Positions 19,116-29,021 of a stretch of DNA of 64,000 nucleotides are shown here, in pieces. Position 1 is the stretch's first letter, and each line of letters opens with the position of its first letter. Both the position numbers and the translations under genes were made by a program. The DNA comes from Candidatus Levyibacteriota bacterium (GTDB taxonomy: Bacteria > Patescibacteriota > Microgenomatia > Levybacterales > UBA12049), in NCBI GenBank assembly GCA_052034235.1, contig JBPOIT010000007.1:22234-86233 (forward strand). Direction: 5' to 3'. The notes beneath the pieces were generated by a model. It had not been told where the DNA came from. It did not search any database and saw nothing but the letters and a program-made list of their open reading frames with translations.

Positions 19116-21080
19116 ATGGGATTATTGGATAGATTTAGACAAAAGCAAACCGCCATCAACACTTCAATTTTTTCTGTCCTTTTTGGTAGGGAAGCTCCAA
19201 ACATGAAGGGACCGGAATTCTTAGGAGCATATAAAGGTTGGGTATACTCCTGTGTTAATGCGATAGCTGAAGAAGTTTCGACAATTGAACTTCAGTTACA
19301 ACGTCTTACCTCTGATGGATGGGTTGAAATTCCTGAGCATTTAGCGCTTTCAACTCTTGCTGATGTAAATCCCTTTATGTCTTCTTCAGATCTGCTTATT
19401 GCAACACAATCATTTTTAGAGCTTGAAGGAAACGCTTTTTGGTATTTACCACGAGGATCTGTAACTAGAAAGCCTGCTGAGATATGGCTTCTTGATCCAA
19501 CAAGAACGTATGTGGTTAAGTCTGCAACCGAGTTTATTGGCGGATACGTATATAAAAACGAAAAAGGTGAGGATGTTCCTTTTAAGCGAGAAGAAATAAT
19601 CCATTTCAAACGATTCAATCCACAGAATAAATATCGTGGTATGGGTACGGTTCAAGCTGCAGCAATGGCGATTGACATAGATACCTATTCTGCAACTTGG
19701 AATAGGAATTTCTTTTTCAACTCCGCCATGCCTTCCGCAACTCTTGAAACAGCCGGAACATTAACAGCAGAACAATATAACAGAGTCAAGGCTGAATGGG
19801 ATTCCAGATATAAAGGTGTTGATAATGCTCATAAATTGGCAATTTTACAAGGAGGGCTTCATTTCAATCCAATTTCTCTCTCTCAAAAAGATATGGAGTT
19901 TTTGGAGCAAAGAAAGATGTCCAGAGATGAAATATTGGGAATCTTTAGAGTACCGAAAACTATTTTAGGTATTAGTGATGATGTAAACAGAGCAAATGCT
20001 GAAGCGACAGAGTATGTCTTTTCAAAACGTGTCATTAAGACCCGAATGGAATTTATTGTTGATCGGCTTAATGAGTTTTATATTGAAATGTTTGGTGAAG
20101 ACCAAAAGAAGCTCAGATTCACCTATACAGATCCGGTTCCGAAAAATAGAGAGTTGGTATTGCAAGCAAATGAAACAGGAATTAGAGCTGGTTATTTAAC
20201 AATCAATGAAGTTCGAGAACAAGAAGGGAAACAACCGGTAAGCGGTGGAGATGAAATATATTTGCCTCTCAATCTTACTCCTATTGGATCGGTCCAGGAA
20301 GATTCACAAAATAGTCAAAAGAAAGTTCAAAAAGTTATATCACTGGTAAAAAGTACAGATGCTGACCGCGTGGAGAAACGAGTGAGATTTATTCAATCAG
20401 AAATCAAAAACAGACAAGGTGATTACAGGGAGACACTGCTTCTTATTAAAAACTTCTTAGTCAGACGAGTAAAACAGGGTAAAAAGGCAGTTAAGAAAGA
20501 TCCAACTGAAGATATTCTCAGGACCGTATTTGATTCATTCGAAGATACTTTTATTCCTCTGACAGGTAAGCTCAATAAAAATGCTTTGGAAGCTGCATTT
20601 CTATTTGGAGGTAAACAAGCACTCTCTCAACTTGAGACTGATGTAAGTTTTGATCTACAAAATCCACGAGCTGATGAATGGCTTAAAACTAACGCCCTCG
20701 ATCATGCTAAATCAATTGTTTCAACTCTAAAAGACGAAGCAAAAACAAGAATACTAGCAGGATTAAAAGAAGGACTTGGATCTGGGGATATAGCTTCAAA
20801 CCTTTCAGACTTTTTTGATTCTCAATCTTCCTGGAGAGCATTACGAATAGCGCGAACTGAGGTGATTGGTGGCTATGCAGAAGGATCAATCGAAGGATAT
20901 AGACAGTCAGGAGTAGTCAGCATGAAGCGTTGGATTACTGCAGAAGATGACAAAGTAGATGATTCGTGTTCTCAGAATGAAGCAGATGGTCCTATTTCTT
21001 TGGGAGCATCTTTTTCAAGTGGTGATGATGCCCCGCCACTTCATCCCAATTGTCGATGTGTAATAGCACCTGAAATTTAA
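19116..21080 (+). CDS. phage portal protein fused to Mu gpF-like minor head/morphogenesis domain
   Basis: N-terminal ~400 aa are portal-like. The C-terminal ~150 aa carry the MuF/SPP1 gp7 signature (RTEVIGGYAEGS...PLHPNCRCVIAP). The ATG at 19116 sits 6 nt after the conserved intergenic motif; the track start 19107 is TTG. Confidence 0.65.
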   Translation: MGLLDRFRQKQTAINTSIFSVLFGREAPNMKGPEFLGAYKGWVYSCVNAIAEEVSTIELQLQRLTSDGWVEIPEHLALSTLADVNPFMSSSDLLIATQSFLELEGNAFWYLPRGSVTRKPAEIWLLDPTRTYVVKSATEFIGGYVYKNEKGEDVPFKREEIIHFKRFNPQNKYRGMGTVQAAAMAIDIDTYSATWNRNFFFNSAMPSATLETAGTLTAEQYNRVKAEWDSRYKGVDNAHKLAILQGGLHFNPISLSQKDMEFLEQRKMSRDEILGIFRVPKTILGISDDVNRANAEATEYVFSKRVIKTRMEFIVDRLNEFYIEMFGEDQKKLRFTYTDPVPKNRELVLQANETGIRAGYLTINEVREQEGKQPVSGGDEIYLPLNLTPIGSVQEDSQNSQKKVQKVISLVKSTDADRVEKRVRFIQSEIKNRQGDYRETLLLIKNFLVRRVKQGKKAVKKDPTEDILRTVFDSFEDTFIPLTGKLNKNALEAAFLFGGKQALSQLETDVSFDLQNPRADEWLKTNALDHAKSIVSTLKDEAKTRILAGLKEGLGSGDIASNLSDFFDSQSSWRALRIARTEVIGGYAEGSIEGYRQSGVVSMKRWITAEDDKVDDSCSQNEADGPISLGASFSSGDDAPPLHPNCRCVIAPEI

Positions 21081-21082
21081 AA

Positions 21083-21117
21083 ATGTATAAGTTCTTTAAA
21101 GTCCGTCAATACAATTG
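21083..21117 (+). promoter_or_regulatory. conserved late intergenic motif (copy 2, before prohead protease)
   Basis: ATGTATAAG-N14-TCAATACAATTG. Confidence 0.5.
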
Positions 21118-21135
21118 GGTAGGAAATTAAAAACT

Positions 21136-22179
21136 ATGAAGCTTATTCGAAAAACATACCAGGCCGAAACTAAAGCAAGCGGTGAAGATCGCACGCTTAT
21201 TGTAAAGATTTCTACTGCAAATCCTGATCGCTCTAATGATGTCGTAATGCCTAAAGGAGTTATTTTTGATAACTACCAAAAAAATCCGGTTGTTGCATTT
21301 GCTCATAACTACTCCGGACTCTCCATTGGAAAAACTATTGATATTCAAAAAGTTGATGACGGCATAGTTGCTCAAGTCGAGTTTGTGCCAAAAGGTGTCT
21401 ATCCTCTGGCAGATCAACTTTATGAAATGTACAAAGGTGGATTTATGAACGCTTGGTCCATTGGTTTTATTCCAAAAAAATGGAGTGATAGACCAGATGG
21501 AGGCCGCGAGTTCCAGGAATGGGAATTATTAGAGTATTCAGCAGTACTCGTTCCGGATAATCCTGAAGCTTTAACTCTTTTGAGAAGTAAAGGTATCGAT
21601 CCAGAGCCTCTCGTTGAAGAGTCAGAAAATGTAAAACCTGAAGAAGATGTTAAGGAAGATAAGCCGAAAGAAGAACCTAAAGAAGAGAAAGAGGAAGACA
21701 AAAAAACTGTAAAGCTCGAAGAAGTTGATAAAAATGTTGAAAATCCTCAGATAGAGAGTATTGAAGTGGACAGTAAAGAAAAGACTCTTATTCTCCGTTT
21801 TGCTGATAAGAAAACGCTTGAGTTTAAAGGACAGGAAACAGTCTTGGGTTACCTTGATGAGTTACAAACAGCATATCGAGAAGTAAAAGAAGGAAGAGTT
21901 TTGTCCGAGAAGAATAGAAAGCTTGTTTCTGACTGCTTAACATCACTGAAAAGTACAGAATCGGCACTTCAGGCTCTTGTAGATGCTTCTGAGAAAGAGC
22001 CAAAAGAAGTTTCAGATAGCAACCAAGTAGTGGTTATCGATCTTGCACAGGCACTAAGGGTCATTGATAAAGTGGCCGGTGTCGCGCTACGCGATTTAAA
22101 GCGCAAGGTCAATGGAGAACTGGGCATAGTACCCGAAGACTCCCGTGTTCCAATCGAAATAGGAAAGAAAGAGGGGTGA
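21136..22179 (+). CDS. HK97-family prohead protease with C-terminal scaffold-like acidic coiled-coil domain
   Basis: N-terminal S78-like region (TANPDRSNDVVMPKGV...VAFAHN) followed by a 150-aa E/K-rich helical region. AGGAAA RBS before ATG 21136. Confidence 0.6.
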   Translation: MKLIRKTYQAETKASGEDRTLIVKISTANPDRSNDVVMPKGVIFDNYQKNPVVAFAHNYSGLSIGKTIDIQKVDDGIVAQVEFVPKGVYPLADQLYEMYKGGFMNAWSIGFIPKKWSDRPDGGREFQEWELLEYSAVLVPDNPEALTLLRSKGIDPEPLVEESENVKPEEDVKEDKPKEEPKEEKEEDKKTVKLEEVDKNVENPQIESIEVDSKEKTLILRFADKKTLEFKGQETVLGYLDELQTAYREVKEGRVLSEKNRKLVSDCLTSLKSTESALQALVDASEKEPKEVSDSNQVVVIDLAQALRVIDKVAGVALRDLKRKVNGELGIVPEDSRVPIEIGKKEG

Positions 22180-22186
22180 AATAAAT

Positions 22187-23272
22187 ATGGATGCAAATCA
22201 AAAAGTAATGACAATGGATGAGTTTACTAAGTTCTTCTCTGATCTCATGGATCAAAAAATCCGTGATATGGGGCTTGATAAGGTAGATAGAAAGCATGGT
22301 GTCTTTCCTTCAAAAGATGATCCGAATGGTGATGGTTTAGAAAATCTCACCAAGGAAGAGAAAGTTAAGAAGTTTTTGAAAGCCATTATCGACAACGATA
22401 GTGTTACTGCAAAAGCTCTCTCTGAGGGTACATCTGCTGATGGTGGATACCTGGTCCCGAATGAATTTAAGGCGGCGATTATAGCAAAGCGAGATGTCGC
22501 AGCTGTAATTAGGCCACGAGCTACAGTTTTCCCAATGACAAGAGACAAGATGGATGTTCCATCTGAGGGAAACGCAGTAACCCTTTATTGGGCTGCTGAG
22601 AACGCTGCTCTTACCGAATCTAATCCAACATTTGGCAATACAACGCTTAACACTAATAAGCTTACCGGTTTATCAAAAATGAGCCGTGAGTTATTTGGTG
22701 ACAGTGCAGTAAATCTTATGGATTTCTTAGCTGGGCTGTATGGTCGAAAGTTTGCTTTGGAAGAGGATAAGAAGTTCATGACTGGAACGGGTACTGGCGA
22801 ACCGAAAGGTATTCGTCAATACACGCTTACTAACGCTGCACAAGCCGCAGCTAACTTAGCTGCAGATGATCTCGTCAAATTGTTCTATACACTTGGCTCT
22901 CAATATCGAAGTCAATCAACTTGGATACTGCATAACAGCATTATTCGATTGATAAGGTTGCTCAAAGATTCCAATGGTCGCTATTTGTGGACCGATGGAT
23001 TCCAAGATGCACCGGCAACGATTCTGGGAAGACCAGTTGTTGAAGAAAACGATATTCCAACCAATTTGGGTGCTGGAACGAATGAATCTGAAATATTCTT
23101 CGGTGATCTTTCTTACTATCTCATTGGAGATAGGCAGGAGATGACTATTGAATCAACAACCGAGGGTGCTGGAACGTTTGAGAATCATCAGGTTGCTGTA
23201 AAAGTTCTTGAGCGTGTTGATGGACAGCTCGGTCTAACCGATCCATTTGTCAAACTGACAGCAGTGAAATAA
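22187..23272 (+). CDS. phage major capsid protein (HK97 fold)
   Basis: 361 aa directly after protease/scaffold; composition and size typical of HK97-like MCP (GGYLVPNEF..., TGTGTGEPKGI...). Confidence 0.7.
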   Translation: MDANQKVMTMDEFTKFFSDLMDQKIRDMGLDKVDRKHGVFPSKDDPNGDGLENLTKEEKVKKFLKAIIDNDSVTAKALSEGTSADGGYLVPNEFKAAIIAKRDVAAVIRPRATVFPMTRDKMDVPSEGNAVTLYWAAENAALTESNPTFGNTTLNTNKLTGLSKMSRELFGDSAVNLMDFLAGLYGRKFALEEDKKFMTGTGTGEPKGIRQYTLTNAAQAAANLAADDLVKLFYTLGSQYRSQSTWILHNSIIRLIRLLKDSNGRYLWTDGFQDAPATILGRPVVEENDIPTNLGAGTNESEIFFGDLSYYLIGDRQEMTIESTTEGAGTFENHQVAVKVLERVDGQLGLTDPFVKLTAVK

Positions 23273-23371
23273 TAGTTTATTTCTGCTCTGGCTCTTAAAG
23301 GTGTTTGGGAGATTCACCAATTTAGGAGTCAGGCAAAAGTAAAGTATTTAAAGAAAAGGAGGTGAATTAAT

Positions 23372-23635
23372 ATGACGCGAGTAGTTAAATTTATAAAACC
23401 ATTTTCAGTCTATGCAGTAGACGATATTGCAGGTCTTACCGAATCGGAAGCGAGAGCAGCAATCGAAGCTGAAGCTGCGGTTCCTTATAAAGCTGAAAAA
23501 CAGATTGAAAAAGAATCAGAAAAAGTTAAAGAAGATCCTAAAAAGGAAGAGCCTAAAGAAGAAACTGATGAGACAAAATCTGTTGATTCACCTGTTGAAG
23601 ACAAAATGGCAAAAAATGCACCTGTAAAGAAATAA
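23372..23635 (+). CDS. hypothetical acidic head-region protein
   Basis: 87-aa ORF with AGGAGG RBS; E/K-rich tail. Confidence 0.3.
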   Translation: MTRVVKFIKPFSVYAVDDIAGLTESEARAAIEAEAAVPYKAEKQIEKESEKVKEDPKKEEPKEETDETKSVDSPVEDKMAKNAPVKK

Positions 23636-23637
23636 AA

Positions 23638-23672
23638 ATGTATAAGAGTCTTTAGATCTCTTAATACAATGA
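23638..23672 (+). promoter_or_regulatory. conserved late intergenic motif (copy 3)
   Basis: ATGTATAAG-N14-TTAATACAATGA. Confidence 0.45.
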
Positions 23673-23687
23673 TGCAGGAGTACACCT

Positions 23688-23876
23688 ATGGAAGATAAAC
23701 AGAAAAAACAGGAAACCAAAAAGCCTTTAACCAATAAGGATATTCTTGAGTCTCACGGACTTGTTGAGATTTACGATGCTTCAATTGGTGCTTATCGACA
23801 AGTACCAAAAGAGGAAGCTGAAAAAATGGTTGAAAAGCTTGAGGAAATTAAAAAGGCAATGGAGGGTAATAAATAA
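23688..23876 (+). CDS. hypothetical small protein
   Basis: 62-aa ORF preceded by the conserved late intergenic motif. Confidence 0.3.
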   Translation: MEDKQKKQETKKPLTNKDILESHGLVEIYDASIGAYRQVPKEEAEKMVEKLEEIKKAMEGNK

Positions 23877-23877
23877 T

Positions 23878-24489
23878 ATGAATCCAGTACCTCACGAAAC
23901 AGGACAAGGTTTTGATTCTCTCGGTGTAAGTCGAGGATATAACATTCATGACAAAGCGTTTTATAAGACGCGTTGGAAGATTGATAAATGGGACTTTGCT
24001 CCTGAAGTGAGAAAACAAGCTGAAGCAGATATGCGGTCGGGTATGTCGTTTGCAGCTCTTATTGATAAGTACGGGGCAAAATCTTATGTAGGAAAAGAAC
24101 TAGTTGAGGGAAATCTACTTTTAAATGAGGGTATCAATGCAATCTGGACTCTAGTTGCTGGTGGATCTGAAACCGCTTTTAATAACGCTAATGCAAGACT
24201 TGGCGTTGGAGATTCAAATACTGCTGAATCAGCAGCTCAAACCGACTTACAAGCTTCCACAAATAAACTTTTTAAAGCTATGGATGCTTCTTATCCAACG
24301 TACGGGACCAGCCAAAAGATTACTTTCCGTTCAACTTTTGGATCTTCTGAAGCGAATTATGCCTGGCAAGAGTTCTCAGTTGATAATGGTTCAACTCCTC
24401 TGAAGAACCTAAACCGCAAAGTTTCTGCTCAAGGAACTAAAACCTCTGGTCAGACATGGCAGCTAACATTAGACATCACACTCTCTTAA
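23878..24489 (+). CDS. hypothetical head-region structural protein
   Basis: ATG at 23878 immediately after the previous stop; the longer 23746 form overlaps and was not used. Confidence 0.35.
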   Translation: MNPVPHETGQGFDSLGVSRGYNIHDKAFYKTRWKIDKWDFAPEVRKQAEADMRSGMSFAALIDKYGAKSYVGKELVEGNLLLNEGINAIWTLVAGGSETAFNNANARLGVGDSNTAESAAQTDLQASTNKLFKAMDASYPTYGTSQKITFRSTFGSSEANYAWQEFSVDNGSTPLKNLNRKVSAQGTKTSGQTWQLTLDITLS

Positions 24490-24492
24490 TAT

Positions 24493-25041
24493 ATGTCAAG
24501 ACAATTTTGGAATGAAACATTAACATGGGCAGTCGCAAATGGTGCAGCAATTGCAAACACCACTACCGAAACGATTTTATTTCCCAATGTAACTATTCCA
24601 GCTAACTTTCTTCAGGATGGAAGAGTACTTCGTCTTACTGCTCAAGGGAAACTTTCTAATATTGTTACTTCTCCTGGAAATCTTATTTTTGCTCTGAGAT
24701 GGGGTGGCGTTGCTGGAACTATTTTGGCTCAAACTTCAGCGTTCAACTTAAACACTACAGCTCAGACAGACGTAATGTTCAGAATAACTATAGAGATTGT
24801 AGTAAGAGGGAATGGATCTTCTGGATCTCTTCTGGCAATGGGTTTGGCTGATCTTGCCTTCAAATCTGTCATACAACCGGAGTTTATGGGTTCTGCAGGT
24901 GGTAGCTCTGGAAATACACCAGCTGCTGTTACTGTTGATCTTACTGCAGATACAGCACTTGCTCTTACTGCTAAATTCTCAGTTGCCAATTCAGGAAATT
25001 CAATTACAGGTATGAATTATTTGCTTGAAGCATTGAATTAA
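24493..25041 (+). CDS. hypothetical head-region structural protein
   Basis: 182-aa ORF, tightly packed in the operon. Confidence 0.35.
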   Translation: MSRQFWNETLTWAVANGAAIANTTTETILFPNVTIPANFLQDGRVLRLTAQGKLSNIVTSPGNLIFALRWGGVAGTILAQTSAFNLNTTAQTDVMFRITIEIVVRGNGSSGSLLAMGLADLAFKSVIQPEFMGSAGGSSGNTPAAVTVDLTADTALALTAKFSVANSGNSITGMNYLLEALN

Positions 25042-25049
25042 ACATATGT

Positions 25050-25736
25050 ATGACACGATTCTATTTTCCATCTTCTGGAAATGCGCCAAACATTTCACCC
25101 GCCTTTGATGCAGGTTGGGATCAAACCGGCGAAGCAGACCGGTTAATTTTAATTCCAAAACTTCAACTCGATGTAGCAACTTCAAGAACAGGTAAACAGA
25201 TAACAGTTCCTATCACGACTACTCAGGATATATTAGCGAGACAATTTGTTTCTGGTCCTATTCCTCCAACAAATTTTAAAACTACTGACACAATCTCAGC
25301 AATTGTCCGATGTGTAGAGAGTGCCACAACAATAAACGCTTCACTCGCAATTGTTGTCAAAATCGTATCTCAGGATGGAAGTATTGTTCGAGGAACGCTT
25401 TATTCTAATTTTAATATTGATTCGGAATTTCCAGCTTCAGGTTCAGATGCAACCAGAATTATGAATTCAGTTAATATTTCTGCACTTCAAACTTTGCCTG
25501 GAGACAGAATTGTTATAGAGGTTGGGGTTCATGCAGCTGCTCCTTCAGCAGGCGGAACAGCAAGTGTAAGGTTTGGCAATAACTCAACAAGTGGAGATTT
25601 TGCCATGACTAGCGGTCTCACAACCGATTTAAATCCCTGGTTTGAAATGTCAAAAGATCTATGGGCGACTGTGTTTAATAATCAGCAATTCGTTAAGGTT
25701 GGAGACGGAATGTCTACAGGAGAAAAAATAAGATAA
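25050..25736 (+). CDS. hypothetical structural protein
   Basis: 228-aa ORF; no recognised motif. Confidence 0.35.
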   Translation: MTRFYFPSSGNAPNISPAFDAGWDQTGEADRLILIPKLQLDVATSRTGKQITVPITTTQDILARQFVSGPIPPTNFKTTDTISAIVRCVESATTINASLAIVVKIVSQDGSIVRGTLYSNFNIDSEFPASGSDATRIMNSVNISALQTLPGDRIVIEVGVHAAAPSAGGTASVRFGNNSTSGDFAMTSGLTTDLNPWFEMSKDLWATVFNNQQFVKVGDGMSTGEKIR

Positions 25737-25737
25737 T

Positions 25738-26382
25738 ATGCCTAAACTACATACATTACAGGAAACATGGGATGGACAATATCAAAATGCCGGTTCATGG
25801 GTAGGACAATTTAATACTGCGCAGATTACTTACACAAATGGGCAGTTAAATATTGCTTTACCTTCTGGTAGTGCTTTATATCATGGTTTTGATTCTGCTC
25901 CTGACTCAACATTAGTAGATTCTTCTTACACCACGCGGGTTATTGATGCTGGAAATCAGTCTTTAATCTCAGTTGAATGTTATCCGGTCCAACTTGTAAA
26001 GGACAGCAGTAATACTATTTACTTTCTTATTTCCGGAGGCACTGTTTACGCAGTTAAAAAAGTAGCGAATGTTTCCACCAATATTGCAACGGCAACTTAT
26101 AACTCAAGCGTTCATGTCTGGTTTAGGATTCGTGAAGAAAACAATGTTGTCTATTGGGAAACCTCAAGGGATGGAATTACTTGGACTCAGTTTGCAAGTG
26201 AAACTGTCGCAAATCTTTTTGCAATCACACTTTTAAGGATGGAAGCTGTAGCCGGAACATGGCAGGCGGAAGCAAGCTCAACGCAGTGTATTTATGACAA
26301 TTTTAATTATATTCCGACAAACAAACCTGGAAACATGCTTCCAAATGTAAGAGTCGGAAACGGAATGGGGAGGTCTGGATAA
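25738..26382 (+). CDS. hypothetical structural protein
   Basis: 214-aa ORF; no recognised motif. Confidence 0.35.
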   Translation: MPKLHTLQETWDGQYQNAGSWVGQFNTAQITYTNGQLNIALPSGSALYHGFDSAPDSTLVDSSYTTRVIDAGNQSLISVECYPVQLVKDSSNTIYFLISGGTVYAVKKVANVSTNIATATYNSSVHVWFRIREENNVVYWETSRDGITWTQFASETVANLFAITLLRMEAVAGTWQAEASSTQCIYDNFNYIPTNKPGNMLPNVRVGNGMGRSG

Positions 26383-26383
26383 T

Positions 26384-26914
26384 ATGCCACGAGGAGTTTT
26401 AGATCAACATCAAGATAGTGAAGGTGCGAATTTCGGCTTTGGACAAGCTGCTGGTGTCAAATATAGAGGTGGTCTATTTACCCCTGCAATTTCAGGTTTT
26501 TTGACCTCTCTTGGGTTTTCAAGAGATGTTGGAACAACTGACATTAAGGTTTACATAGATAGCACTGTTTCAGGTTTGCCGGAACACGCAGTCGGAAGTG
26601 AGCTTTATTCTTTTACTATTACAAATGCCCAACTTACCACATATGGAGCCTATGACTTACCTGTTCCTCTTCAGCTTAAAGCTGGAAAACAATATTGTTT
26701 TTATTTGGCTCCATTTTCAGGAGGAGTTTATTCTGATGACTATCGTGATGCTCATGGAGTAGCTGGGGGATTTGCTGAAATTACTTATGCAGGTTCATGG
26801 TTTAGTGAAAATCTAACCTATCACTATGCAACATACATGGACCCGAATCCTTTTACTTTTCCGAATAGAGGAAGAACTAGACCAAGGCCATTTGCGCCAG
26901 GAATTGCGAGGTAA
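26384..26914 (+). CDS. hypothetical structural protein
   Basis: 176-aa ORF; no recognised motif. Confidence 0.35.
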   Translation: MPRGVLDQHQDSEGANFGFGQAAGVKYRGGLFTPAISGFLTSLGFSRDVGTTDIKVYIDSTVSGLPEHAVGSELYSFTITNAQLTTYGAYDLPVPLQLKAGKQYCFYLAPFSGGVYSDDYRDAHGVAGGFAEITYAGSWFSENLTYHYATYMDPNPFTFPNRGRTRPRPFAPGIAR

Positions 26915-26917
26915 AAT

Positions 26918-28477
26918 ATGTCATTTATACAAAGAAGATCACCATTTTTTAGTAACAAACCACTTACACTCACTTTTGTAACAGTGGATTTATCCGATAC
27001 TGGTTCAGGTGCAGAAACTCTTTCGCTCTTGAACTTAGTTAATTTGGCAGAATCAAGTTTAGGATGGGATGCAATCGCTCCTCTACTCCTACTTGAGCAG
27101 TTTGAATCAATTTCAGGTTGGGATCAGGATCAAGGAACATGGCAAGTGGCAGGAAATCAACTTGATCCGGTATCACAAAGCGCGCCTAACTGGGGAGGTA
27201 TGGTTCTGACCAAAAATGTAAGTTATCAAGACTTTGATGCTTACATGAGAATTAAAAGTCCAACGGATAATAAAGGTATCCAGTTTATTTTCCGGACAGG
27301 ATCAACGGAAGGCTCAGGATACGGACTTCAACTTCGTTTAAATGATGGCAATTTCAGGATTGAAAACTGGGGCGTAGCGAATTTATCTAATGTTTCGTAT
27401 TCCTATACGAATGATGTTTACTATCGAGTAAGAGTTCGGGTTCGTGGATCAAATATAAAGGCAAAGATATGGCTTGATGGAAACACAGAGCCTTCAAGTT
27501 GGAATATTGATTTTAACGATACTACCTTCCCAAATGCTGGAAAGGTTGGTTTTTCATCTGAAGATTCAATCAGTTGGTTAGTTGATTGGTTAATTATTGA
27601 ATCATACGATGTAAATATTTTAAGTTTTATTCCAGTTTCTGATTCAGGAGGTGGAAGCGAAGCCATAAGCTTACTTGCTCAAGTTGCTCTCAGTGATTCA
27701 GCATTTGGGACCGATGCAATTAATATACTTGCACAAATTGCTCTTTCTGATTCCGGAAGCGCGACAGAAGCACTATCGGCACTGGTTACGATCTCTTTAT
27801 CTGATAGTGGAACTTCGAATGAGGCATTATCAATTGTAGTAAGTTTGCTCTTAAATGATTCCGGAAGTAGCTCTGAAGCTCTCTCAATAATTATTTCTTT
27901 CCTTATATCTGATACAGGTTCACATTCTGATGTAATCGATATATTAGCAATGGTCGCTATCTCAGATAGCGCAGTAGCAAATGATACATTAACAGCTTTG
28001 GTTTCTCTGGCGATCTCGGACTCTGGTTCTCACGCAGACGCAGTTTCTATCCTCGCTTCAATAGGAGTCGCAGATACAGGAATAGGAGATGAAATATTAT
28101 CTATTCTTGCTCAAATAAATCTTTCAGATAGCGCTCAAGGAACTGAAACACTTCAAATTCTTAACTCTTTTATTCTTTCTGACTCAGGACTAGGGGTTGA
28201 AAGCTTAAACATCTTAGCTCAAGTGGCAATAGCTGATAGTGGAAGTATTTCATCTGAAGCAATTTCAATTATTGCCGGTGTTGCGGTTTCAGATTCAGTA
28301 AGTGCGACAGATGCACTATTTACCCTAACTATTGTGGCTCTTTCAGATTCTGGTATTGCCGAAGAAGCGGTAACTGCTGGGTTGGCTTCTGGATTATTCG
28401 CGAGAGGATCATCCCTCTACGATCTAAAAGCCAAATTATATAACAAAACAAGCGTAGGTCTTTACAATAAAAAATAG
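26918..28477 (+). CDS. LamG/DUF1080-like domain protein with 13x tandem ~20-aa (A/I)LS(D/L)SGxxxEALSILAQV repeats
   Basis: N-terminal ~230 aa resemble a concanavalin/LamG-like jelly roll (GIQFIFRTGSTEGSGYGLQLRLNDGNFRIENWG). The C-terminal 260 aa are 60-nt tandem coding repeats. Confidence 0.45.
   Translation: MSFIQRRSPFFSNKPLTLTFVTVDLSDTGSGAETLSLLNLVNLAESSLGWDAIAPLLLLEQFESISGWDQDQGTWQVAGNQLDPVSQSAPNWGGMVLTKNVSYQDFDAYMRIKSPTDNKGIQFIFRTGSTEGSGYGLQLRLNDGNFRIENWGVANLSNVSYSYTNDVYYRVRVRVRGSNIKAKIWLDGNTEPSSWNIDFNDTTFPNAGKVGFSSEDSISWLVDWLIIESYDVNILSFIPVSDSGGGSEAISLLAQVALSDSAFGTDAINILAQIALSDSGSATEALSALVTISLSDSGTSNEALSIVVSLLLNDSGSSSEALSIIISFLISDTGSHSDVIDILAMVAISDSAVANDTLTALVSLAISDSGSHADAVSILASIGVADTGIGDEILSILAQINLSDSAQGTETLQILNSFILSDSGLGVESLNILAQVAIADSGSISSEAISIIAGVAVSDSVSATDALFTLTIVALSDSGIAEEAVTAGLASGLFARGSSLYDLKAKLYNKTSVGLYNKK
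27650..28400 (+). repeat. tandem 60-nt in-frame coding repeats (about 13 units)
   Basis: Repeated gctctttctgattccgg / ...agtgattc... units encoding SDSG/SDSA-containing 20-mers. Confidence 0.7.
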
Positions 28478-28480
28478 AAT

Positions 28481-29020
28481 ATGTCATACGTTTTACGAGT
28501 CGATATTGAAACATTTTTAGATATAACGCTTTCAGCTAATGGTCAAGCATTGGTTGATTCACTTATTCCGGCTATAGAGAAGTACGCTGAAGATTATTGT
28601 GGCAGAGTTTGGAATAAAGGAGCAAATGATGATATTACTGAGATTTTTGATGGCGGTACAGACCTCTTTTTCCCTGCAAACCCTCCGATAGCTTCGATCC
28701 AGTCAATTACCGTCCAGGGGTCAGTATATGACCTCACGCGTGCCTACAATTACGGATCTCACATTAAACTTTCTTCAAAAGCTGTTGATATTCCCCGCGC
28801 TGTAGTTATTGTCTATAGAACTTCGGCTACTGCTATTCCAGCAGACTTAAAACACGCTCTTATCAGATGGATCTCTGAGGTATTTAAATCTTCAGATGAT
28901 GCCGGAAAGGTTACAGGTAGAGTTTCCAGCGGTCCCGTATCCGTTGATTACCTTACTCAAGATGGAATTCCTAAATTTGTTGAAATGGTACTGAATAAAT
29001 ATCGTTTAGAACCAAAATAA
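28481..29020 (+). CDS. head-tail connector (gp6-like) protein
   Basis: Position after the head genes; N-terminal pattern (LRVDIETFLDITLSANGQALVDSLIPAIEKYAEDYCGRVW) typical of the Phage_connect family. Confidence 0.45.
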   Translation: MSYVLRVDIETFLDITLSANGQALVDSLIPAIEKYAEDYCGRVWNKGANDDITEIFDGGTDLFFPANPPIASIQSITVQGSVYDLTRAYNYGSHIKLSSKAVDIPRAVVIVYRTSATAIPADLKHALIRWISEVFKSSDDAGKVTGRVSSGPVSVDYLTQDGIPKFVEMVLNKYRLEPK

Positions 29021-29021
29021 T

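Noticed and set aside
27650-28400. Regular 60-nt tandem repeats that could superficially resemble a CRISPR array
   Set aside because: The repeats are in-frame, degenerate and entirely inside ORF 26918-28477 with no spacer/repeat alternation. They are protein-coding tandem repeats.
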